The notes under the pieces are model-generated. The model had not been told where the DNA came from, did no database searches, and saw only the letters and a list, made by a program, of their open reading frames with translations. A program made the position numbers and the translations under genes. 64,000 bases of DNA from Podarcis melisellensis (lineage: Eukaryota): assembly GCA_964234715.1 (NCBI GenBank), contig OZ174277.1, one strand, 5' to 3'. Shown here in pieces: positions 24,409-37,400 of the stretch. Numbering within the stretch: the first letter of the stretch is position 1; the number at the start of each line of letters is the position of its first letter.

Positions 24409-27400
24409 TATCAGATCAAACTATTTGTCCATTTATAGTCTAATAGTATACCCTGACTGGCACTGCAGGGTCTCCAAATAGGTCTTCTGCCTCTCCGGAT
24501 ACCTGATATTTTTAAACAGCGTCCTGCCACCTATCAGGGATCGAATCTGGGGCTTTTGCATGCAAAACACATGCTCTATCGCTAAGTGAGAGGGCCCTTG
24601 GTATGTTTCACAGTCAAAAATAGTTTTGTTAAGGCACTTCCATACCTGGATGTTTATTTTGTTTTGCATAGTAAGGGGAAGTAGACCCAACAAGCTTTGG
24701 CCTACTTGCCAAGCATTGGACACCACTAGCTTGGCCTGACCCTGTTCTATGGTTTTATAATACTGAGTTGTAGGGTGTCTGCCGTCTCATGTATGTAGGG
24801 CCATAATGATTATGCAGTGCATGTGTAAAGGCACACACACAAATCTAGAGAGCAAGAAAATGGTGACTTGGACATTTGTTTTGGATGACAGGGTTTATTT
24901 GTGGGCATTTTGTGTGGCTACTCAAATGCAGAGGCCATGGTGCATACTTTGTTACACATTGGTTGACATCCTCAGATAAGAATTGCCCTATTTATATCAA
25001 TATAGCTGAAGATATACTAAATATTGGCTATTGGGAGGCAGTCACTGCAACCTATTTTATAGTGACAAGTAACATCGAAATTATTGTAGTCAGCTTACAC
25101 CAGAATAAATAATGTGGAAATTTGGAAATTACTTGGAAAACCACAGATCTTTTCTCAGTTTCCGTTTTTGTTACAGCCACTTGCATCTCAGAGTTGGGAG
25201 ACACTCCAGGAAAGCATTCAATGCTATGCAGAGGTCCGGGTGCAGCTGTGGAGGAGAATGAGCTGAAATGAAAGTCACTCCTCCATGCACAAACAGAAGT
25301 ACTTTCACTTGTACTGCTAAAGCACCATTCGATCCAAGCAGACCTGGCCCACTGATAAGGCAAGGTGCCCTCCTTGAGCAGTGGAAGCCCAAGAGAGGCT
25401 CCTGCCTTGCCTCCACTGCCCGCCCCATCACCTCTGCTGGCAGCAGCAACGGTTTCTGGCAAGATCTTGTGAGGTCTTGCTGGAAGCCAATGCTGCTTCC
25501 AGCACTACACAGGCACCATCAACAACACAGGTAAGAGAGGTGTGATGGTGACGCTGCAGTGGGGGGGGGGAGCAGGGAGGTAGCAAATTCTGCCCCTGGA
25601 TCCGAACCCCAGGAAGTATAAGGCACCAGGATATTCAAACTGGCCACCAAGGCAATGGAGCCTGGGCTCTTCACTCCCTGTGCGCCTGGGACAACTTTTA
25701 GGCTGAAGCCTTAGTGGCAGTGCTACTCATATGGTGGGCAGAACCAGATCTGCATCTCTTCAGTCTAGCCATGACCATGTGCTCTGAGGGACTAACAGGG
25801 GCTGGCTGCTTATATATTACTCCTTGCTCAGTTTGAGCAACTGCCAAACCTCTGAGGCTTCATTCCTGTTGCTGGTCATTTGGTTCTCATCTGTTCAACC
25901 TAGCACCCAACCACTAGCACATCTTCAGAGTATGTCTCTCTCTGCCCTGGCCTTTGTCTGCCTGATCCAGTGGCTGATCTCCAGCCTGTCTAGGATCACA
26001 CCTCTGTCCCATCTGATTCATCCCTGTCTTGCCAAAATCAGACCCCCTGACACAAAGGTAGGTCTCATTTGAAACAGTGGAGCATTAGCATTTAACTATG
26101 TGTACATATTTTCAATAGAACCCATCCTAAGCACACCTACTCTTCTCTGGGTTTTATAATTCACATGGCATCCTCAGTGAATGTTGCCCTTTAGAGCATT
26201 TCATATGTGGATGAGCTCCAGTGTTAACAGAGAGCTTCACAAACTTTTGATCACCCAAGGCTAGGTTAAAGTTGGAGGCAATTGTTACTCTACATTTCCT
26301 GTGTTCCCCGGCAATCTTTTTCACCCTTGAGAATAGTGGGGGTCGGGTATAAAGTTGGAAGGTGGTGGAAAAAATTGCCATCCTCTTGTGTGAATGGAAG
26401 ACTATATTGGGACCAGAGGTATATAGTGGTGGATGCAAATTTAATTTTCCAAGGTACACTTCAGCCCCATTTGTGGCACATTTGTGTGCCCTGGCACAAA
26501 GCTAAGAAATTATCTGCTTGATAGTAACTACCACCTGCCTCTGGTGTTAAATCACTGAGATGGATGGTGAATAATTTGGACTCTGTAAATGTCAAGAAAA
26601 CATGCACCCACAAGCTCTGAAAGGAAGGTTGGAGGAGCGTAATGCGACGCCTTCCTTCAGTTACCGCTTTCTTCTTAAATTCTCCTACACTGCTTCGTTG
26701 TTGATTTGGGATGAGTTGGTAGTCTCCTTGACCCCTCCTGCTAATTCTTTGCTTTCCTCCTCCCCACAGAGTTAAGTGACTTCTCAAATAGTCTCCCTTT
26801 TATCATGATGTTTGCAAATGCCTCATCTCCCCCTTTCACTCTCCTCCATCTGCTTAAATGTTGGTCCTTACATCAAAAGCATAATAGCTTTCACTTGTCT
26901 ACCAGGCCTCTCCTATTTTGGGAGCTGATCTGGAAGTCAGATAGAACCACCAAGCAGGCACAATCTTGCTTTCAATAGCTGTCTGCTCATCTCTTTAAGC
27001 CTCTGCAGTCGCTTGAGGAAACTGAAGGCTGCTTTTCATATGTTAAGAAGAAATCATATCTTGCCATACAGTCTTTGAAATCCCAGTCTACAAAGAACTG
27101 TCCATTTTGTGCTGACATTGGCCTGGAATTCCCCTATCAAACACATGTGCTTAACTTTCTCCCTGACACACACATCTGGCAAGTGCAACCTAGAAAAGCA
27201 GGCTATTCCATTCCAAACATGGCTGTTCTCCATCTTGCTCACAGAATAACACCCACCCGGTTCCTATTGAAGCAAAGAACAGAAATGGTCTTGCCCTACC
27301 CCACCCCTCGCTTTTTGGCATATTAAGCTGGCAGAGCTCTTAAATTCCCAGGAGCCTTTATTCTATACCATCAGATTTTCTGTCTTCGCTGCACTTTCTA

Positions 27401-30400
27401 ATACCCTGGGGGCCATCCTGTGTTTTATTTACAATTTCCTTTCAGTGTTTAAAGGATTATATGATCTTTTGCTAGTCTGAGACAGCAGCAGGCTGTTGAG
27501 AAGCAGTAAATGGTTTCATTTTCTTGGGAGGAACTTCGTATTGGGACATGTAATATATTGGCCACTATGAAATAGGTTGTATTATATTACTACTAATTCT
27601 CAGTTGAACATTATCTCAGAAAGCAGCTCACAGCAATTAAAATGCTGCTGGAAGCAGGAGAATCAAGGAAGGAGCTGGGGGGCCAGGGCTCCCCAAAGTT
27701 TCCAATGAAAGGGCCAGTCCCCCTAAAGTTGGTGGACATTGCCATTCAAATGGTATCTATCTGTGCGTGCTATGTTACATGATTATGTGGGGCAGGGCTT
27801 ACCTGGGCCCCCAATATTTTATTCAAGTTGGCACCCCTTTTTGGAAGAAAGGGGTTTTCAGCTGGAGCCGAGTCCCGACAGTGAGGACTGGCTTGCTGTA
27901 GCCTTCCTTTTCCCTAATGGCCTCAACTGATATAGCTGCTGCAGGAAGGCAAACAGAGAGGGCAGAAATAGCTGACGAGACTGAAAAAGATTCACTGTCA
28001 GGATCCTATGACAATGAACACCAGCAGAAACTCCTGAAGAGGGGAAGAAAAACTCCAGGGCAACCGCCAGAGGGGAAATGTGCCACATGGTCTGTTTCAA
28101 GGAATCGATTCTCATAACACATTTATTTAAAAGAGTCTATGTCCCATTTGTTGACTTCTCTCAGATCAAGTTCTGAGGCCTGAGGAACTGGCTGTCCACA
28201 AAAACAGGTGCACGATCCAAATCAGGCAGGAGGTCAAGTTCCAGGGCAGCAAATGAGGTTCTCAAAGCAGCCCAAGGCAGGTGCGTGTTCAAGGTCAGGA
28301 AAAAGGTCAAGCTCCAAGGCAGCAACAGAGAGTCACTCAGGCCAGAAGCAGGTTCAAAGACAGGTAGTGGTCACCATGATCAAAAGGAGCAAACAGGAGA
28401 ACACAGCAGGAACTGGGCAGAGTCCCCACATTGCGTTGCTAAGGCTGAGGAACAAGACCAGACTCTTCTAGGACCTGTTGCCCCTTGAACCAGCCAACTG
28501 GAGGCTCAAGCAGGCTGGTACCGCAGCCTAGATGGTATCATTCAAGCTCAGTCTACCAGGTTTGTCATAGAAACAATGCAGGTAGCATAGGTGGTAGAGC
28601 ACCAGTGTCTTTCTGCTGTGAACACCCCCACCCCAGTACCTTACACAGGAGCTACAGACTGAAAGAAAGAGGTAAGCTCAGATGTTCATTTCGTATGCTT
28701 CTTCTTCATAGAGAAGACTTACTTTGAAACTTTACACTAGAGATGGGGAACCTGTGGCCCTCCAGATGTTGTTGGATTAAAATTCCCATCATCCCGGGCC
28801 AATGGCCATGTTAGCTGGGGCTGATGGGAGATGAGGCGCAACAACATCTGGAGGGCCACAAGTCCATCACCTGTGCTTTATGCCCTAGAAATCATTCCCC
28901 ATTTTTCCAACCAAGAGCATGTGTTAGGATGATAAAGGTAGCAGAACTTGGACTGTTCAGAGATTCCCCCCACCTTTGTCTCTGCCAAAAACTTCATGTA
29001 AAGTACTAAAGAACTTTTCAATCTGTATGAACATTGCTCAACACCTTTTCCCTACAACAGATGTCATGCTGGTATGTGGCTGCATAATGTTAGAGGTTCT
29101 TTTTGTTAAATATCACACAGTCAACACACTGATTTATGTCAAGGAACATCAACAGGGGGAAGTGATACCTCGTTCTCCTCATACTGAAAAAGTGAAACCT
29201 GTAAGACAGACTTGAATCCAGGCAAGGCAGTGCGAGGGATTACAATTGCGGACGTTATCAGTGCTTAGGAAGTCACACGTTCCCCTTCTAGTTGAATAAT
29301 ATATAATAAAAGCATTTTTAAAAAGTTACAGCTGCCTATGGATTAAAGGTTTACTAAAAGTCTGATAGAAGAAGGCAAGAGACAATGATAAGGATATACA
29401 TTGTTCTATAATCAACACTATTTTGTGTACATTCTAAAAATTAATAAAAAATGCAATAGATGCCCCAGACAGATCACATCTTTTGTCTTCGTGTGGTACA
29501 AGAAAGATATCTGTTTAAGGTATAAAGATGGTGCTGTCTCTGCACTGGGATTTGGAATAAAATGCTCCAAGATTTTTTTGTTTCGACAGTCAAAATACTA
29601 AGTTGGATCTTTGTTCTGCTTCCAAGTGTGGTTGGTTTTATATTCCTGATTTTGTACTCTGATCTTACGGTGCTTCCAGACTATTGCTCTTATTTCTCAG
29701 GTCTTAGATTAATGCCTTTTGTTCTCCATCCTACTGAATGCCCAAACTGCCCAGAATCACTAAAGGCCTGAAGTTTTTCTTTTCTGAACAAGAAGCCCCA
29801 AGCGCTTTAGCCTTTTGCTGTACAAAAGAGACTCCAACCTCTGTAATATTTTAGTAGCTCAGGTCCTTTCTGAATCTACTTTGAGCAACCTTGACCCAAA
29901 CATTATTTCATAAACGAAAAAGAATGAGTTTATCAGCTTTGTGCATTCTAGCTTACTATCTGAATCGTGGCACACCAACAAGCAAGCTGAACAAAAGTGG
30001 AGAGAAAGCCTGTGTCAAGAGTATAGTTTGGTGGGTGTGGTAATTGTTAAGAATATCAACAAAAATGTCACATTTGAGAGGCAGACAATAAATCACAGAC
30101 TGAGGCCAGCAGAAAAGAATCGGAAAGAGGTGGAAGCAATTTTCAATGTTTGTCTAAACGCAAAACAGTCTAATCATGTTAAGACCTGAACTAGTGGGAA
30201 ACTACAGTTTTGTGGTGTAGGACTTTTTTTTAATTGTTACACAGTAACAAAAAGGAGGGCTTTTGCGGTTTTGGGGCTTTTTTTGTATTTTGTTTTTAAA
30301 AGGGAAAGTGTTCCAAAGTGTTCCAGCAAGTTTTGGTACAGGAAGCAAATTCTATGCCAAATTAGCACTAATATCTAGATTTTACAGGTGTGCTTTCTCC

Positions 30401-30751
30401 CTTTCCCTGCCTCTTGAGCTGGGAAATCCCCTTTATATTGTTTTTATAAAAAATAAAATAAAATATAGTATTGTCTTTCCCCTTGCTTATTGCCCCAGAA
30501 GTGAAGATGAGTCTCCACAGAATTTAGACAATGTTAACTGGGTCAAACTAATTTGGGTTTTGCAGTCTAGCATGCTACTAGTAGAGAAACCATGTCCAAA
30601 CATTCAGAGCTAACCACAAGTAGCCACAGCCCTGGCCAGCTTGAACCAAGTTGCAATGGGCATCCTTTTCACAATCATTGCCCTGCCCCCCAGTTCAAAG
30701 TGCCAATGACATACATGCTTTGTATACTGATGTTCATTAATTTCCTTTTGA

Positions 30752-30893
30752 TCATAGAATCATGGAATTGTAGAATTGCAAGGGACCCCAAGGATCATCT
30801 AGTCCAATCCCCTGCAATGCAGCTGTCCCATATGGGGATCAAACCTGCAACCTAGGTGTTATCAGCACTACACTCTAACCAACTGAGCTATTC
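30752..30893 (-). mobile_element. tRNA-derived SINE with CR1-like tail (same family as 6605-6760)
   Basis: Reverse complement reads gaatagctcagttggttagagtgtagtgctgataac...ggtttgatcccc...ttctatgat. Confidence 0.8.
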
Positions 30894-31406
30894 AGGCACA
30901 GATATTTTGCTTCCACATCTGCAGTTCTTTAACGGTCATTTCTTTTGTGACCTTGATTGTTCATTTCACATGAACTTTAAATTCCTGATTCTGACATTTG
31001 AAGGCATTCTCTCTCCTTCATAGTTAGAAACATTGCACAAATCCAAATGGTGCAGCTCAAATGCTGAAATCCTCTAAACGTATGCTTGTGGCTATACCCA
31101 GGAGTACTCGTACATGACTATAAAGTCCATGCCTCCATAACCTACAGTAAGAGCCATGACCATCTAAGGACAAGTCAGCAATGCTGCCCCTCTATCAACC
31201 CTTCATCCTTTGACATCTGTCTACAGATAGAGAATTTCACTGTCCATCACAAAGCTGATATCATCTGTCTTGAGGAAACACATGGTGGTTGTTTTCCTTT
31301 CAGGCAAGCTGAAGATAAGTAGCTACGATACAGAAGTTGCTACATGAAACACTGTGGCAAAACTATGTATTGATGTCTTGAAGGATCTTTTTCTTATTGG
31401 CCTTCA

Positions 31407-31894
31407 TTGTTGTTTAGTCATTTAGTCGTGTCCAACTCTTCATGACCCCATGGACCAGAGCACGCCAGGCACTCCAGTCTTGCAGTGCCTCCCGCAGTTT
31501 GGTCAAACTCATGCTGGTAGCTTCGAGAACACTGTCCAACCATCTCGTCCTCTGTCATCCCCTTCTCCTTGTGCCCTCAATCTTTCCCAACATCAGGGTC
31601 TTTTCCAGGGAGTTTTCTCTTCTCATGAGGTGGCCAAAGTACTGGAGCCTCAGCTTCACGATCTGTCCTTCCAGTGAGCACTCAGGGCTGATTTCCTTCA
31701 GAATGGATAGGTTTGATCTTCTTGCAGTCCATGGGACTCTCAAGAGTCTCCTCCAGCACCATAATTCAAAAGCATCAATTCTTCGGCGATCAACCTTCTT
31801 TATGGTCCAGCTCTCACTTCCATGGTTTTCACTGGGGAAACCATAGCTTTAACTATGCGGACCTTGGTCGGCAAGGTGATGTCTCTGCTTTTTA
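31407..31894 (-). mobile_element. 5'-truncated BovB LINE 3' end
   Basis: Minus-strand RVPWTARRSNLSILKEISPECSLEGQIVKLRLQYFGHLMRRENSLEKTLMLGKIEG. Confidence 0.92.
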
Positions 31895-34227
31895 TAAATG
31901 TTGGGTAAATTGGCTTTGCCGATGTATTTTCACCCTTCTAAGTAGTGGTTGAATTTTGAAGTAGTCCATTTCCCCCCCACCTTCCCATAGATCTATGGTG
32001 TGGACAACATAGATTGAGTGCCATATTTCTCCACATTTCATGGGCACAGGGTGAGGGAGACTGCTTGGTTCTCAGCAACAAATGTCCAATTATGATTTCA
32101 ACTAACTTTCCTTAGTTGGAAAATATACAAATTACTTTAGGCACACCCTACAAACTTTAATTTCCTTTGCTATTGCATCATTAAGCTTAGCTCTTCAACA
32201 ACAGGGTTTTTTTGCCCTCAACTGCTCAAGGGCTCCTCCAAATGACCTGTTTATTGAGCATTCATTCCATAGGAGCCAACTCCTAGGGGCCAGGGGTCTT
32301 TGTCCTCCCCATAAAATATTTGATGGGTTGCCCCCCCCAATTGCCATTCAAATGATGTCCGTGCACCATGTCATGTGATTGATTATCCAGGACAAGGCTT
32401 ACTTGCCCCTCCCTCAATATTTTATTCAAGTTGGCACCCCTGATTCATTCTGATTTGTTTTCAGGGCTGTTATAAGACAACGAGCATTGTTTCTGATTTT
32501 CTTGCAGGGTATTAACAAATATTCCTGTTAATCATTCATTCATCCCACACTTTTCTATGCATTTCCCCATCACTTCCCAATCAAGAAAAAAATCCACTTT
32601 TTGAGAAAATGAATTTGTTGCATTAGGGTGGCAGATCACATTAATCTACTTTTATCACACAAACCTATTGAATCCCTCCTACAAAATACTGACAAACTGA
32701 AGGCACCCCAAATCAAAGGTAACTCTAATCCAAAGAAGGAATGTGTATTACCCCCCCCCCCCGGAATTAAGCTCACAGAAGGTGAAGCTACAGAACCTCC
32801 AAATTATTCTTTATCTTCCCAAATTTAAAAAGCAGTTTATGAACATCTTTTAAAAGCAGGATGCTACTTGTATTTGCAAATTATGACCCCAACATCTCTC
32901 TGCCTGCTTTTTATACAGTGGAAGAAAAGAGGGTGGTTGTTTATCTTCTGCTGAACATTTTAAAGTTTTAATAAATCTGATAATTCCATGCCTTCTTTTA
33001 AGCCATCCCCTATGAAAGAACTTAATGTATTTCTTTAAATTGGGGTTTAATTATTATTTTTACTCATAACCATCAGGTAAATGATTAAACATGAAATGGC
33101 AAAATGAACAACTAGAACACGCCTAGGGCAACGAACAGAATTTTAACATGTTGCATTTTAATTTCCATCTGTCAGTGACTGTCAGTGATGAATGAAGCAA
33201 CAGGTATAAGTATCATATTAATATTATAATGCAATTAGTTAATGATGGCCAATTGATTCAGTGAGGATTTGCAAAGGGTGGATTCACACATACAGTCCAT
33301 CAACCCATGGAACCGATATTGCTCTATGAAGTACATCCTAACATATGTACAGGTACACTTCTGAATGGTCAGTATGCACCTTTTTTCTATAACATGCATA
33401 TAGAAGCACAAAATGGGCCATGCTAGATCAGGTCCAGTCAATTACCACCCATGCTGCTGCTCCACAACTGCCCCTTATTCTAGACATCCCCAAAGCCTTC
33501 CTGGTTAGTCATCATTGATGGACTAATGCTCTGTGAATTATTCTAATCCCCTTTTAAAGCCATTTAAGCCAGCAAACATGACCACATTTGTGGCAGCATT
33601 TTCCTAAAGTAATTGTGCATTAATGTGAAGAAGTCCTATGTTTTGTCTGCCCTGACTCTCCAGCTAATAAACTTCACTGGATGATCCAGGTTCTGGTCTT
33701 ATATGAGAGGAGGAGGAAAATATGAGATATGGCAGAAAGAGAAGAGGTTTCAATTTTGAAGATGAGCCCAGATTTTTAATTAACTTTTCCTCATAGCCAG
33801 AATTCTGTGATCATTTTGTTACTGATGTAGATATAGTGGCCTGGTGACAATCCAGTGTCTAATTTTGAAAGTGACAGATGCCACGGCTTAATGATGTCTA
33901 TGCCCGGAAAGCCTTAGCCCTGATCTCAGGTATGCTCACTGTCATACCAATGAGAGAACGGTGAGCATCAGCACATGCTCAGAGGCATTTTCTACTTACT
34001 ACTTCACATGTTCCATACTGCACCTTGAGAAGCTTAGCTGGCAGAGCAAGGAATCACAGTCAACGTCCATAATTTTTCAGTGGCCAATTTCTTCCTTATG
34101 TGGTTCAAACTCTATCTCTTCATCGAGCATGAAGACTGCGTGAGAGATGACCTGATTCTCCTCATAATCGGACTATACAATGAATGCTGAAAGAAAAATA
34201 ATCATGTCATCTCACAGGAGCCTACTA

Positions 34228-34420
34228 AAATCATAGAATCATAGAACTGGAAGGAACCCCAAGGGTCATCTAGTCCAACCCCCTGCAATGCAGGAATCCC
34301 TGACAGATGGCTATCCAACCACTATTTAGAAACCTCCAATGAAGGAGACTCTACTACCTTCTGAGGCAGAACTCTCTTCCTAATGCTTGGAATCTCTTTT
34401 ATTGCAAATTGAATCTATTA
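34228..34420 (-). mobile_element. CR1 LINE 3' end fragment; similar short tails at ~2497-2560, 38731-38800, 39889-39955, 54265-54335
   Basis: (ATCATAGA)n tail plus gggtcatctagtccaaccccctgcaatgcaggaat CR1 terminus. Confidence 0.75.
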
Positions 34421-37400
34421 AATGGCTTTTAACACATACACCTGCCTCTTACTGAAACCACACTCCGCATTACTTGGTAATATACAATCTTAGTTTATAA
34501 TTTATTTCTCAATGGCAAGTTGAAAGGTCAGTCAAAGTTGATCTAGGTCAGAATCTAGCCAAAGCTCAGCACTTTTATGTCCTATTGGAAATAAATTTGC
34601 TTCACTTCTGTGAAAAGCAGTAGGACTTTGAGGCTACAATTCTGTATACACTCTTACAGGGAGTAAGGCACATTGCTTTCAGTGGGGCTTACTTTAAACA
34701 CATCTAAGATTCTGCTCTGAAGCACTTTGACTGGATTGTGCCCTTTGTGTTTATAGATAGCACATTAGAGATATCTTCAGAAAAATTTACTTTCCTTTTT
34801 CCCTTATATCTGATGAAAACTGCACTTGCTTCGGGTGGAACAATGATCTTAATCTCATCACCATTCACTTCAACTCCTACATCTTTTGAAACTGTATCTC
34901 TGGAAGTTTCTTTTACAATAAATTAACTGCATTTAAACTTTCATGCTTCCTGTCCTCTAGTTTAGGCCTTAGTTATCTGAACCAACATTCTTGATTACCA
35001 CACTATTATCTGAATGCTATTTTCATAGCTTGGGGGTAGATGATTTGCTGTGCATGCAGAAGGTCCCTGGCTTAGTCCTTGGAATTCCCAATTCAAGGGA
35101 TTGCCAGTTGGTCACAGGCATAGGCACCAAATCCTAGGGGCCAGGTCCCTTCACTCCCCCCCCACCCCAAAAAATATTTGAGAGAGCCAACCCCTCTTCC
35201 CAAGTTGATGAGCGCTGCTGCCTTCTTTCTGTGCCATGTTTGGACTTCCTTTTCCAGCAAGCCCTGTAACGAACTTGTAAAAGGGTTGTTGGATGAAAAG
35301 AGAGCTGGAATTGGGCAAACACCTCCAAAAATGTTCCTTGGGATTGAAGCTAAAAGGGGCATCTGCACAGGGGGGCTGAGGAATGACCTGAGAAAATCCA
35401 GGCACCTAAGCATTCCAAACAAGAGGAGGAAACTGAGATTTGTGTTCTCTGGCTACTTCTGCAAAGTTTGTATGTGTGTGTGTCTGGCGCACAGTCTGTC
35501 TTGCTACATGTACTTCCAACAGCAAGAGACATTGTTCAGAGCTTCACTATTTAGTTTCAAGTTTCTTTTCTGCTGTCCCTTCTTCCTCCCTGCCTCCCAC
35601 CCATATAACCATCTTTGTCTGCCCACCCCCGATTTTCTTCAAGGTGGTGACCCTGGTCCCAGGGCTGCTGGACCAATAAGGTGACTCAGTACAAGGCAGG
35701 TTCATATGTAAAACTTAAACCAGGGGTGAGGAATCAATGCCTTTCCGATGCTGCTGGACTACAGCTCGCATAATACCTGACCATTGGCCATGCTGAGGCT
35801 GATAGGAACTGGAGTCCAACAACATCTGGAGGATCCCCATTCTTGACTTAAGCAGTTCTTCCTTTATTCCTGTCTGGAAAAATATATGTGGTATTTTTGT
35901 CGTTTCTTTTAGCAAGATGTAAAAGGAAAGAAGCATTGCTTTTCTGGTTTACATAATAGGATCTTTTTTGTTTTCTGAAAAACCCCACTCCTACTAATTA
36001 GACAGCACTTTATATGTTATTGACATTATATTCCACAGTAAATTGTACTGACATATATTTGGCCTACAGTCAGAGGATGTTATCAAACGCCCATGGAAAG
36101 ATAGACGTGCTCATTGATTTATGTTCTTTCCATCATGGCCTAAACTGTCATCTCTACAAACCTGATTTGTGTGGTTTCTTTCTTTTCTTTTTCTTTTGCG
36201 AATTGTGTTATCAGTGACTGTATCAAAAGCAAAGCACGGGTCAATCATCTGAAATTTAGAGAATAGTCACCAGCATCTTTCCATTCCTATGTGGAGAGGC
36301 CTGCATAGGACCCTCTCCAGGGTGGGCTGCCTGATTCGCTATCCTCATACATCACATGCATTCCCTGATGTTCAGCATTCACTTATGCTGCCCCCGCTAC
36401 CTGCCCATAGAGATGGAAACAACAGCAATGCTGCCACGGAGTCCCTGTGTGAGAGGTAAGCACTGATTCCCACTACTCGAGGAGGAGAGTGTTAGGGCAA
36501 GACAGCCAAGGCATGACAAGGGGGAGACATGGGAAACAGTCACGCCACACCTTGCAGTATGCCTTCCTTGTGCCCTCATTGACTTACCTGCATAGGGAGT
36601 TCTGTCCTGCGATCTCTCCACATTTGTGGGAGTGAAATGTGGCTTATGAGCATGTGAGCATGACTGCCTCACCAGTGTGTGAAATTCACTTTTTCCAACT
36701 CTTCGGAGGAAGAGTATTAGAACCATAAAGTTTGGACAAGATCCAGGCCGCATTCACACCATAAAGTGCTATGATACCACTTCAAACATTCATGGCTTCC
36801 CAACCAAAATTCTGGGAGTTGTTTCCCTCTCAGAGCTACAATTTTCAAAGCTTCCTGTGGAGAGAGATTGACTGTTTTGCCCTCCTGCAGTTTCCAGAAA
36901 CTGGTCTTCTGAAACATTACTGCAACCAACAGTGGATATTCTTTTGCTGTGGCCCAAACGCTTTCTGAAACTATCTACCAGAAAAGTGCCTTCTTTTATT
37001 CCCTTGTTCAAAAAGTGTTTCACTGAGTTATTTTTATACAGCAATGCTGACAGCGAAGATGGGATGGGGAAGAAGAGGTCAGCCAGAAGAGTTGGCTTTT
37101 CAGGTTTGCAGGTGTGGGATGAGAGTGCGTGAAACCAGGAGGTAGGGGATTTGATGAACGCCCAAACTCATTCATAGCTTGGGGGTAATAAGGAGCAGAA
37201 GCGCTTGTGTCTGAATGAAAAAACAAACCAAAGGCCTGGAGGTTTTTTTAAAAACCAAAACCAAAACAAAAGGATGTTTCATGTAATTGCAGGTCTCATA
37301 TGTTTCAATGAATTATAGCTTCATTAGGAAATCTTCCTCTTTGGTCAATAATATCTTTTGTGATGCTGCTTGACAGAGGAAAATACATGCCTCTCTGCCC

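Noticed and set aside
27917-28490. Charged, protein-like ORFs / possible solo LTR
   Set aside because: Purine-rich low-complexity composition explains the ORFs. TGTCA start and repetitive caagg motifs hint at an LTR, but no matching end or TSD could be defined.
36070-36095. Direct homolog of the human rs66650371 enhancer core (GATGTTATCAAA resemblance)
   Set aside because: Match is short, my recollection of the human sequence is not exact, and the orientation appears opposite to that expected from synteny.
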